IMG/VR virus record: IMGVR_UViG_3300009671_000010
Coordinates: 1-64,000 of that record
Reading direction: 5' to 3' (one strand)
Length of the DNA stretch: 64,000 nucleotides
Source: a virus
Taxonomy: Duplodnaviria > Caudoviricetes
In this document: positions 28,731 to 37,994 of the stretch, in pieces
Position numbering within the stretch: the first letter of the stretch is position 1
Layout of the letters: each line of letters opens with the position of its first letter
Notes under the pieces: model-generated
Databases searched by the model: none
What the model was told of the DNA's origin: nothing
Seen by the model: the letters and a program-made list of their open reading frames with translations, nothing else
Translations under genes and position numbers: made by a program

Positions 28731-29282
28731 ATGACAAGAAATACTCAGTTATTTAAAGTTAAGAACGGTGACAATGAATTAATATGTAGAGATCTAACTG
28801 CAATAGAAATATCATTTTTAAGTAATATTAAAAGTGTATCAATGCAGAGAGAAATGGCTGGTAGAATGTGTGTCATGAATGTTGATCCAGATACATTAAA
28901 ATGGCAACTAGTTGTTCAGCTTGGACAGACAATACTTGAGCGCAGTAATGAAATTATAAATAATGAAAAGCTCGAAGAGATAGTTATTAATGAGCTTAGA
29001 GAGTCAGTTGATTATGATTATGCATTTTATTTAATATCAAAAATAAAAAAAGTATTTCCTACTGAATCTATTCTTGAATTATTAAATTTAAATTATAAAG
29101 ACTTACTAGAACTAGTAGTATTTGCAGAAAAAGTAAGTGGACAACAAATACTTTTATCCAAAGAAGAGCAAACTAAACATATTAAAAAGGGTAGAAAATT
29201 AATCAATCCTCATGATCTTCCCGATGGTGGAGCAAGTATTCAGGAAGCCATCAATAAATTAAATACAAGAGTAGGTTACTAG
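28731..29282 (+). CDS. second tail assembly chaperone-like protein
   Basis: AAGGA RBS; LICRDLTAIE resembles YFRTLTRSD of the preceding chaperone; precedes the giant ORF. Confidence 0.5.
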   Translation: MTRNTQLFKVKNGDNELICRDLTAIEISFLSNIKSVSMQREMAGRMCVMNVDPDTLKWQLVVQLGQTILERSNEIINNEKLEEIVINELRESVDYDYAFYLISKIKKVFPTESILELLNLNYKDLLELVVFAEKVSGQQILLSKEEQTKHIKKGRKLINPHDLPDGGASIQEAINKLNTRVGY

Positions 29283-29285
29283 TTT

Positions 29286-32200
29286 ATGGCCTATTATAAT
29301 CCTTTTCAAGATAATAAATCATATTATAATCCATATGAACAGGCAAAAGCAACACCATCAGTAATATCAACTGTTTCTGATGTTGCTAAGAATATGATTG
29401 TATTTGGTGGTTTATTTGCATTAGGGACAGCTGCTACTAAATTTGCATCTGGCAAAATTGGTTCTATTGTTAAAAGTGGAAACTTTGGTAGAGCTACTGA
29501 AATAGCCAAAGGATTAGAGAAACCAACAATTGGAAGTATATTACGCAATTCCAGTGTTGGTAAAAATTATACTGCATTTAAGGAATCAACTGGTTTATAT
29601 AAAGCTGCACAAGAAAGATCTTCTTTACTCTCAAATATTGCAAAAACAGATCCTTCAAAATATAATTTAACCAAGATAACATCTGCTTTTAAAAATCCCA
29701 CTACTTTTGCTGCAACACTTGGTGGTGTATGGAAAAGAAATGTAATAACGGGCTTAGGTGTATCATTTGCCATCGATAAATTATCTGGTTATTATAATGA
29801 GATGAATCCAGAAAAGAAAGCATGGTATGACATTCCAGGTAAAGTTGGTCAGGTAGGTAAATGGTTTGTTAATAACAGTGTATACTCCACTGCATTTGGT
29901 TTACTTGGTCCTGCAGCAAAAGGTGTTGCAAGTATTGGTATGGCTGGAGCCAGGAAAGCATTCGGTGGATCTTTTGGTAAATATATAGAAAAAAGTCTAA
30001 GTCAAGTTTCACCAACACTACAGCATGTTAATGGAGAAAGCAATTTATTTAGAGATAAAGTAATTGCTAATGCCGTTTCAAGACATGAACAAACTTTTGC
30101 TACTAAAGCTATTAAATGGGGTCAAAACTTTTCAACATCTGTAAGTGAAAATTTTAGGAACTTAAATAGTTCAGTTAGAGCAGTTACAACTGGTGGTGCT
30201 GTAGATGCATTTAGAAAACAAGGATCATTTTTAAGTAAAGCTAAATCAGCTTTTGATCCAATTAAAAAAGCATTAGGTCAAATAAGAGAAATAAATGCCA
30301 GGGCAGAAACAATTAGAAGTGAGAGACTAGTTGATACAAGAACCAGTTATAGTGGTATTAGGGGTTTACAATTTTTACAGGCACTAGCTACTGATGCTGC
30401 ACAGAATACTACTATAGAGAAACATTCACTTGATGCACAGATAATGTCTGTTCGTGAATCTATGAAATCTAAACAGACATTTCTTGAGAAACTTCTTCCT
30501 ACTGCTAAACGTGTTAAGAATAAAGATATAACATCTAAAGAATGGTTAAGAGATCAAATAAAAGATCTTAGAAAAAGATATGATAATAAAAGTGTTGGTA
30601 AATTTGTAAGAGAATTTATGAATATGGATGTAGGTGATAATGTTTTTAAAATTAATAATAGAATTGTTAATCTTGATAATTATTCGCCATTTGGAATGAT
30701 AAGAAACATATCTGCTCCTCTATTAAATAAAAAGTTTAATGATCCATTAACAAATTTTAAGTTTACATTAGGTGATATTACAATGTTAAATACTTTTATA
30801 ACACCTAAACCTAAGCTTGATTTTTTTATTGATAAAAACTTAAAACAACTCGCTGAGAAACAAAGTTTAAATATACATGGTATAACTGAACGACCAGTAT
30901 TTTCAACAAATAGAGAACTACAAAAACAAGGTCTGAATAGTATTGATGATATTATGCGTAATTCTCAATCAACAGTAGCATTGTATACAAAAGGTGGCAA
31001 ATGGTCATTTTTTGGTCAAAATGAACCAATGTCTATCAGTACTGGAAAAGATTTAAATTATTCATCCAGATCAAGTAGATTTAGATATAATGAGACCAGG
31101 GATATTACTATTAAAAGTCTTCTCCATAAAGGTGTAAGTAAAAAAGAAATATCATCTCTATTAGGTGGTGTATATTCTGGTAATAATAAATTTGTTAAAT
31201 TTATGGATAAGATGGGATTCCAGTTACCAACAGCTATGGATGGAATGCTTGGTTCGTTGAATGATTTAATTGCTGGTAGAAATAGGGAATATTTAACTGC
31301 AGTTAAAAATATATTTACACCAGGTAGTGTCACTAATATTCAGTCGTCTCTAAATGTATTAGATGATATAAGATCACATACATCTCAAGTAATGTCTGAT
31401 ATACTTGGAAATCCAGAAGTAGTTGATATAATACAAAAACATGGCAGATTTGGTAATTTCAAGGATGATCTAAAGGATATATTATTTAGTGAAAAAAAAT
31501 TAATTGAAAAATTCAGTGAAGATGATTTGATAGCTGATGGCTGGAAGTATAGTTCTGATATTAGGAGAAATTTAGAAACAATAAAAGCATATCCATCTGT
31601 TGCTAGACAACATGAACAGGTCAAAACTCTTGGTGGTTTAGGATCAATGACTTCATTTGATAAACTCAAGGTTGCATATGTTGATCACATAACTGGGAAT
31701 AATTTTTTGAATTACGTTTCTAAAGGAAATGGTTATAAGCATGATTTAATTGATGCTGTTCCAGATTTATTAAATGCAGGTTTGATAACTGAAAAACAGG
31801 CTGGAATTGTTAAACTTCATGCCAAATTATCTTCTTTGCAAAACTATTCTAAGGAACAACTAAAGACTTCATTACAAACTACTGATTTCACAGGAAGTCA
31901 TTTATGGGATGAAATGATTTCTAATGAAAAGAAATTTGGTCTTGATCTTGAAAAAGATCTAATTCAATTTATTAATAATAATAAATTAAGAAGGACCAAT
32001 ATTAATAAATATGAGCAAAGAATTTTACAAAGGTTTAATGATAATAGACCTGTGAATAATAATACTCCTTATTATTCAATGGGTAGGGGTATCGAAGGTA
32101 TTGGACAGTATTTAGGTACTTCTATGGATCGTTTAACAGAAATCATGGGAGAAATAACTCCATTTAAAAAAGATCCTGTTAATCACTTCGGACTATTAGG

Positions 32201-35200
32201 TGGCGCAAAATATTTATCAGGAACAGTATTTAAAATAGCAGCTGCTACTACCGCTTATAGAATTGCAGATACAGCTATTGCGGCAAATCCTTTATTCGAT
32301 AATTCTTCATTTGATGATGGTATTACTGGTATGACGGCTGATCAACTTGCTAAAGCCCGATTATTCAGTGCAAAAGTTGGCGATACAATCGGATTAACTG
32401 GTGCAATGAAATATCTCGAGGGTTTGATGCCTGGATCAACATCAACTATTCCTGGTTTAATAGCTGGTGCTGCTATGGGAACTTTTACTAAGACTAGTCC
32501 ATTCGGAATGATTAAGGCTATGGCTGCAGGAGCTTTAATAAATAGGGTGGCAGATCCATATATTCCAGACTTTAGTAAAGATTATCAACAAGTAAGAAGA
32601 GAATATTCTGGTGAAGAAAAAGTTCCAATGATGAAATCTCCTACTTGGTTACTCGGTTCTACTCCATGGGAAGGTAGTAAAGTAGCAGGATATAGACCTA
32701 ACTGGTATGTTAGAGCCAAATCTAGGTGGGAAGCCTCTGATACGATGTATGGAAGTGAATTTAGAGCACTTATACATAAACCAATATTTCCACTTGGATT
32801 TAATATCGGTGATATAATTGATCCTTACTACATGGAACGCCGCCACTACTTCGATCGTCCCTATCCAAAGTGTCTTTTTGGAAGTGCTAAAGTAGTTACT
32901 GTTAATGGTATTAAGAAAATTAAGGATATCGATATTGGTGATTATGTATATGATATAAACGGTTCTGTTACAAAAGTTATCAATGTACTTAAACGTAAGG
33001 TAAATTATAATGATACAATTTTTTCTATGAGGGTTATTGGTCAGGAAGAAGATTTGATACTTACTTCTGATCATAAAATTCCTATTATAAGGGATAAAAA
33101 ATGTATTTTTAAATCACAACATAATAAGAGTTGCACAGGTAATGATAAAGGAATTTGTAGATATTGTACTAAAAAACGTAAAGATTTTGATATTAGTTGG
33201 GTAGAAGCTAAGGATATAAATATTGGTGATTTTTTGGTGAAAAAACCAATAAATCCTGAATATTTAGGATCCACTATAGATATTTCATTATATGTACAAA
33301 GACCATTTGATATTAAAGAAAATAAAATTTTCATTAAAGATAAACTAGGTAGATATACTGGAGATAGTTTTAATAGATACTGGGATATTGATAACGATTT
33401 AGCTTATTATTTTGGTTTATATTTATCAGAAGGATGGCTTGGTAAACAAAGGGGAAAATATATATCTGTTAATACCGTTCATAATAAAAAAGAATTTGAT
33501 CATATTAATAGAATAATTAATAATATATCAAAAAAATATAATTTAAAGTTTTCATATAAAGATTTTGGAACACATGTAAACTTTTATATATTTGATTATA
33601 TTTTTTCTGATATAATATATGGTTTATTTAATTGTGGTTCTGCTACTAAGAGTGTAAAATTTTTTACTAAAGAATTAGATAGAAAAATATTAGCTGGTTT
33701 ATTTTATGGAGATGGTCATTATGATAAAACACATGTTGTTTTAACCAGTATTAATATGAATTTGATTAATTTCGCAACCATAGTTCTAGAAAATGATTTT
33801 ATTTCTACATGTTTGAAGAAACACTGTGATAATGGTCATCAGTCGTACAGGTTATCATTTTCATATTCATACTTAGATGATTATAGATTGTTATTCGATA
33901 TTAATCATAAAAATGAGAACATATTAACTTCTAATAAGAAGTTACATTTAATTTATTTTAGGAATGGTTATCTTCTTAAAAGAATTATTAAAAAAGAGGA
34001 GATAGAGTATAATGATTTTCTATATGACCTTACTGTAGAATCACCAACACATAGTTTTTCTCTTTATGAATTTATTGTCCATAATTCAGGTAGATTATTT
34101 TCCGAGGTTCCTATTATAGGTGATCTTTTAACTCCTATTGGTAGAATTTTAAAACCCGAGAAAACAATGCATCAGGAGTTCTTACAAGGAGAATGGGCTG
34201 GAACAACTGATGGTGATAATCCTTCTATGGCTTCTTTACCACCTCCAACATATCAACAAAATATGTTTATGATGAACCAGGGAAGTGGTGCTAGAAGTCT
34301 TGGAAGAATTACTGCAAATGGTGGCAATTATACAACTGGGGGAATAACTCCTTGGTCTAAAGTTATTCAAGGTAAAGTTTTCGGAGATGTAACTGAAGCA
34401 ATGGGTTTACCTGGATTTTTAGCAAGAACAACTGCAGAAAAAGTATTTGGTGAACCAGAAGTAATTCCTACACTTGAATCAGCTGGAAGAATGGCTTCTA
34501 TGACAAGATCTTTTTATGATAAGAATCTTGGTGGTATGGGATCACTATGTTTACCAGCTTATGAAAAGATTTTAACACCAAGTGGTTTTATTATGTCTGA
34601 AGATATTAATATAGGTGACATAGTCTATGATAATTTTTATACTGAGCAAAAAGTTGTTAACAAATTTTCGAGATTATGTAGTGAAAATGAAAATTTATAC
34701 ACAATTACTATGGGAGCTGGTAAGACTACGATTTCTATGACTGATGAACATCCTGTTGCCATATATAAAAGAATTTCATGTAATGATAATAAAAAAAGAC
34801 CATGTATACCAAATTACTCAAAAAAATGTTTGACTTGTTCTAAACGTAATAGTCCTATTCATTGGAATTGGACAGCAGCAAAAAATATAAGTGTGGGTGA
34901 TTTTGGTGTTGTTCCTTTACCAAAAATTAAATCATTTAACTATATAGATTTAGCTAAGTATAGTGGTTATGTGTACACTGATAAATATATATATTTTCGT
35001 GCAACTTTAGAATACGCCAAAGGACTTGAGTTACTTGAAAATAATATTTGTAAAACAAGAAAAGATTTAAGAAATTATATATCTGATAACATAGCTAAAG
35101 AAGTTATCAGATGCTATCGATACCATAATTTTTCTAGAGTACGTATCCCTAGATTTATTAGTATTGATGAAGATTTTTGTTATTTTATGGGATGGTGGTT

Positions 35201-37994
35201 AGCTGAAGGTTCATCTGATATTAAAACTGGAAATATATGTTTTACATTAAATATTAATGAAATAAATATTGCACAAAAACTTGGAGAAATTTATAAAAGA
35301 TTTTCAAATTGTTCATATAATATTAAAATTATTAAAGAAAAAAATACTTGTATTTTATCACTTAAAAATAAAGCACTTTCATTATACTTAAAAACCTATG
35401 GTAATGTATATACAAAACAACTAAATGATTTAATTTATTTACCAGATAAATTAGCTATTTCATTATTAGATGGTTTGATAAATGGTGATGGGTGGATCAA
35501 TTATGATTTACAAAGAGGTGGATTTACATCTGTGTCTGAACGACTTGTTAGAGATATATGGTTATTATTATATAGATTAGGTGTACAATCTACTATTATT
35601 TTAAATTATAAAGAGCATCCAAATGGTTATTATCCTCAAGGAACACTAAGACACATAACTACGCGATCTTGTCTTAAATTTAATAAGGATGGTTTTATTA
35701 ATTTATCGAAATGTTTTTCCACTGGAGTTTCGAATGGAGTTATATCAAATGGAAGAGTTTTTACAACAACAGAATATCTGTTTATACAGATAACTGATAT
35801 AAATTTTGTTAATTATTCTGGAAAACCTGTATATGACATAGAAGTTGAAAACTCACATTGTTTTATTGGTAATTATATATTATTACATAATTCTGAACCA
35901 ATAAGAAGACTTTTATCTAAAGAAGAATATAATGAATATCAGGTTAATCCAATACCTAATATGATGCCAAACTTTCTACCTAGTCAATTTCTTACAGGAG
36001 ATCCTTATTCTTCCATTCAAAATGGAGAATTAAGATTACCAGGTAAAGCGTATATGCTAACTAATCCAGATTTAAAACAGAGTATGCCAGGTAGAGCAAG
36101 TAGTTTAGGTGCACCATTGGAAAATATAGTTCAATATTTTACTGGTTTATTACCCCCTAATTTAAAAGAAGAATATGATATATTAGAAACTGGTACATTA
36201 TGGCATAGTAAAATACAGGATACTTTAGCTGCAGAAGGATTGCTTATTAAAGCAGAGGCACTGGTATATGATGTTAAAAATGACATATCAGGACACGTGG
36301 ATGCTATTATTAGAGATGGACAAGGTGGTAAAGGAAGAAGAGCGTTAGAAATAAAAACTATCAGCAATAAAGGATTTGAAAAGCTTGATGCTCCGAAGGA
36401 TCAACATATAGGACAACTTAATTTCTATTTACATCAACTTAGATTTAATAATGGAACTATTTTATATATTAATAGAGATAACCCATCTCAAGTTAAAACA
36501 TTCGAGTTAACTTATAATAAAAACAGATGGGAAAGGGATGTTCAAAAACTACAGCGGGCAAGACAGATAGCTAGAGATATGATGAAAGATGATGTCAGTG
36601 ATACTTTAGGTTATTCCTATTCGTGGCTTGATAGATTAAATATCTTATCTGATGTTGCTCCGATGTCTAATGAATTTAAAGAAGCCAAACAGATTGTTAT
36701 GGCTCAAATTAAGGCTGGTCAATTTACACAAAAAGATATCGATAAATATCATAGAATATTAAAACAACAAAAAGCAAGAGCTAGATCATATGAATTATAT
36801 CCATTAAGATTTAAAGGTAAAGTAATGTCTCCTGACAGTGAGTCTAATATACAATCCATTAATGAGAACATAAAAGCATCTTCAGAATATACTTTACCAG
36901 AAAGATTAATTGGAAGTGCATGGGAAACATTCACAAATTCCAGTAACCCCGCAGTTAATAAATTTTGGGCATTTAAGGATCCACTTGAACATTATAAAGA
37001 AAAGAAATTATATGGTCGTGAGTATACACCGTGGGATGAACCGTATAGAAGCTGGATTGACCCATATATTAGAACTTCTCTTAGTAAAACAAGTACTGTA
37101 GGTGGCGGAGTTTCATGGGGAACTACTGGTTATGTATTTGGAGGTGAGTTTGGAGCTTTTGCTGGAAGTATATTAGGAGCAATGTATGGTACTGTAAATG
37201 GGCTATTTAGATCTGCTTCTAATAGTGCTTATATTCCATCAGAGGTAAAAAATCAAAGAAGAATAAATGAATATTTTGATAAGCTTAAATATGAACGTTC
37301 TAATATGATGTCATCTTTAACTATGGGTAACGTTCGTAATGAATTTTTAGCTCAAAGATCTGCTACTATGTATGCATTTAATAATGAGTCTGATCCATCT
37401 GTTGGTAATTTATTTAGAGCAGCAAGTCCATCAGAAAAACCATATCTACAATCATGGATAAATACAACTGATTCTGGTGAAAGAAATGAAATTTTAAAAC
37501 TTGTTCCAAATGATTTAGGGAGTGCACTTAAGAAGGTATGGGGTAAAAATGATGGTAAAACATTTACTAGAAACAGAATTGATAATATAAGTTCTGATAT
37601 GTCTGGAAATCAACAGAATTTTAATTTTGATGCATCTTTGATGGACCCAAGAATTAACGTGGATGATATAAAATTAAAAGCAATAGAGGATTATGGATAT
37701 AATTGTCATGATTTTGGTTTAGGCTGGAATGAACAAATGTTGAGAATAAAAGAATCAGAACTCAACATACCAAAATCTAATTTAAATGATGATATACCAT
37801 ATACTCCAAATTTATCATCAACGCAAATACGAGGTCAGATATATGAATTACTTCATCAGAGTGGTATTAAATGTAACGTAAATGTCTATATTAATAATAT
37901 GGATGGTCCCAATGTTGTTAATTTAACAGTAAGAAGAGATAGATCACTTGTAGCAATTAATGCATTAAGAAATAGAAGAAAGTATGGAGTTTAA
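29286..37994 (+). CDS. giant tape-measure-position virion protein with two inteins and a PD-(D/E)xK nuclease domain (2049 aa after splicing)
   Basis: Follows chaperones; multiple Gly/Ala-rich hydrophobic segments; two canonical inteins; GTLWH...GHVDAII...LEIKT...QLNFY nuclease motifs. Confidence 0.8.
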   Translation: MAYYNPFQDNKSYYNPYEQAKATPSVISTVSDVAKNMIVFGGLFALGTAATKFASGKIGSIVKSGNFGRATEIAKGLEKPTIGSILRNSSVGKNYTAFKESTGLYKAAQERSSLLSNIAKTDPSKYNLTKITSAFKNPTTFAATLGGVWKRNVITGLGVSFAIDKLSGYYNEMNPEKKAWYDIPGKVGQVGKWFVNNSVYSTAFGLLGPAAKGVASIGMAGARKAFGGSFGKYIEKSLSQVSPTLQHVNGESNLFRDKVIANAVSRHEQTFATKAIKWGQNFSTSVSENFRNLNSSVRAVTTGGAVDAFRKQGSFLSKAKSAFDPIKKALGQIREINARAETIRSERLVDTRTSYSGIRGLQFLQALATDAAQNTTIEKHSLDAQIMSVRESMKSKQTFLEKLLPTAKRVKNKDITSKEWLRDQIKDLRKRYDNKSVGKFVREFMNMDVGDNVFKINNRIVNLDNYSPFGMIRNISAPLLNKKFNDPLTNFKFTLGDITMLNTFITPKPKLDFFIDKNLKQLAEKQSLNIHGITERPVFSTNRELQKQGLNSIDDIMRNSQSTVALYTKGGKWSFFGQNEPMSISTGKDLNYSSRSSRFRYNETRDITIKSLLHKGVSKKEISSLLGGVYSGNNKFVKFMDKMGFQLPTAMDGMLGSLNDLIAGRNREYLTAVKNIFTPGSVTNIQSSLNVLDDIRSHTSQVMSDILGNPEVVDIIQKHGRFGNFKDDLKDILFSEKKLIEKFSEDDLIADGWKYSSDIRRNLETIKAYPSVARQHEQVKTLGGLGSMTSFDKLKVAYVDHITGNNFLNYVSKGNGYKHDLIDAVPDLLNAGLITEKQAGIVKLHAKLSSLQNYSKEQLKTSLQTTDFTGSHLWDEMISNEKKFGLDLEKDLIQFINNNKLRRTNINKYEQRILQRFNDNRPVNNNTPYYSMGRGIEGIGQYLGTSMDRLTEIMGEITPFKKDPVNHFGLLGGAKYLSGTVFKIAAATTAYRIADTAIAANPLFDNSSFDDGITGMTADQLAKARLFSAKVGDTIGLTGAMKYLEGLMPGSTSTIPGLIAGAAMGTFTKTSPFGMIKAMAAGALINRVADPYIPDFSKDYQQVRREYSGEEKVPMMKSPTWLLGSTPWEGSKVAGYRPNWYVRAKSRWEASDTMYGSEFRALIHKPIFPLGFNIGDIIDPYYMERRHYFDRPYPKCLFGSAKVVTVNGIKKIKDIDIGDYVYDINGSVTKVINVLKRKVNYNDTIFSMRVIGQEEDLILTSDHKIPIIRDKKCIFKSQHNKSCTGNDKGICRYCTKKRKDFDISWVEAKDINIGDFLVKKPINPEYLGSTIDISLYVQRPFDIKENKIFIKDKLGRYTGDSFNRYWDIDNDLAYYFGLYLSEGWLGKQRGKYISVNTVHNKKEFDHINRIINNISKKYNLKFSYKDFGTHVNFYIFDYIFSDIIYGLFNCGSATKSVKFFTKELDRKILAGLFYGDGHYDKTHVVLTSINMNLINFATIVLENDFISTCLKKHCDNGHQSYRLSFSYSYLDDYRLLFDINHKNENILTSNKKLHLIYFRNGYLLKRIIKKEEIEYNDFLYDLTVESPTHSFSLYEFIVHNSGRLFSEVPIIGDLLTPIGRILKPEKTMHQEFLQGEWAGTTDGDNPSMASLPPPTYQQNMFMMNQGSGARSLGRITANGGNYTTGGITPWSKVIQGKVFGDVTEAMGLPGFLARTTAEKVFGEPEVIPTLESAGRMASMTRSFYDKNLGGMGSLCLPAYEKILTPSGFIMSEDINIGDIVYDNFYTEQKVVNKFSRLCSENENLYTITMGAGKTTISMTDEHPVAIYKRISCNDNKKRPCIPNYSKKCLTCSKRNSPIHWNWTAAKNISVGDFGVVPLPKIKSFNYIDLAKYSGYVYTDKYIYFRATLEYAKGLELLENNICKTRKDLRNYISDNIAKEVIRCYRYHNFSRVRIPRFISIDEDFCYFMGWWLAEGSSDIKTGNICFTLNINEINIAQKLGEIYKRFSNCSYNIKIIKEKNTCILSLKNKALSLYLKTYGNVYTKQLNDLIYLPDKLAISLLDGLINGDGWINYDLQRGGFTSVSERLVRDIWLLLYRLGVQSTIILNYKEHPNGYYPQGTLRHITTRSCLKFNKDGFINLSKCFSTGVSNGVISNGRVFTTTEYLFIQITDINFVNYSGKPVYDIEVENSHCFIGNYILLHNSEPIRRLLSKEEYNEYQVNPIPNMMPNFLPSQFLTGDPYSSIQNGELRLPGKAYMLTNPDLKQSMPGRASSLGAPLENIVQYFTGLLPPNLKEEYDILETGTLWHSKIQDTLAAEGLLIKAEALVYDVKNDISGHVDAIIRDGQGGKGRRALEIKTISNKGFEKLDAPKDQHIGQLNFYLHQLRFNNGTILYINRDNPSQVKTFELTYNKNRWERDVQKLQRARQIARDMMKDDVSDTLGYSYSWLDRLNILSDVAPMSNEFKEAKQIVMAQIKAGQFTQKDIDKYHRILKQQKARARSYELYPLRFKGKVMSPDSESNIQSINENIKASSEYTLPERLIGSAWETFTNSSNPAVNKFWAFKDPLEHYKEKKLYGREYTPWDEPYRSWIDPYIRTSLSKTSTVGGGVSWGTTGYVFGGEFGAFAGSILGAMYGTVNGLFRSASNSAYIPSEVKNQRRINEYFDKLKYERSNMMSSLTMGNVRNEFLAQRSATMYAFNNESDPSVGNLFRAASPSEKPYLQSWINTTDSGERNEILKLVPNDLGSALKKVWGKNDGKTFTRNRIDNISSDMSGNQQNFNFDASLMDPRINVDDIKLKAIEDYGYNCHDFGLGWNEQMLRIKESELNIPKSNLNDDIPYTPNLSSTQIRGQIYELLHQSGIKCNVNVYINNMDGPNVVNLTVRRDRSLVAINALRNRRKYGV
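32871..34085 (+). mobile_element. intein with LAGLIDADG endonuclease (405 aa)
   Basis: RPYPK|CLFGSAKV, block B LTSDH, YFGLYLSEGW and LAGLFYGDG, ends LYDLTVE...FIVHN, +1 Ser. Confidence 0.93.
34548..35891 (+). mobile_element. intein with LAGLIDADG endonuclease (448 aa)
   Basis: GMGSL|CLPAYEKI, block B MTDEHP, FMGWWLAEGS and LDGLINGDG, ends VYDIEVE...ILLHN, +1 Ser. Confidence 0.93.

Noticed and set aside
28352-29282. Programmed frameshift joining the two chaperone genes (lambda G/GT style)
   Set aside because: A 76-nt gap containing a terminator-like hairpin separates them, the second gene has its own RBS, and no convincing slippery site precedes the first stop.
36180-36580. Cas4 and a CRISPR-Cas system
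   Set aside because: No Fe-S Cys cluster, no other cas genes and no repeat-spacer array seen; it is a RecB-family domain inside a virion protein.
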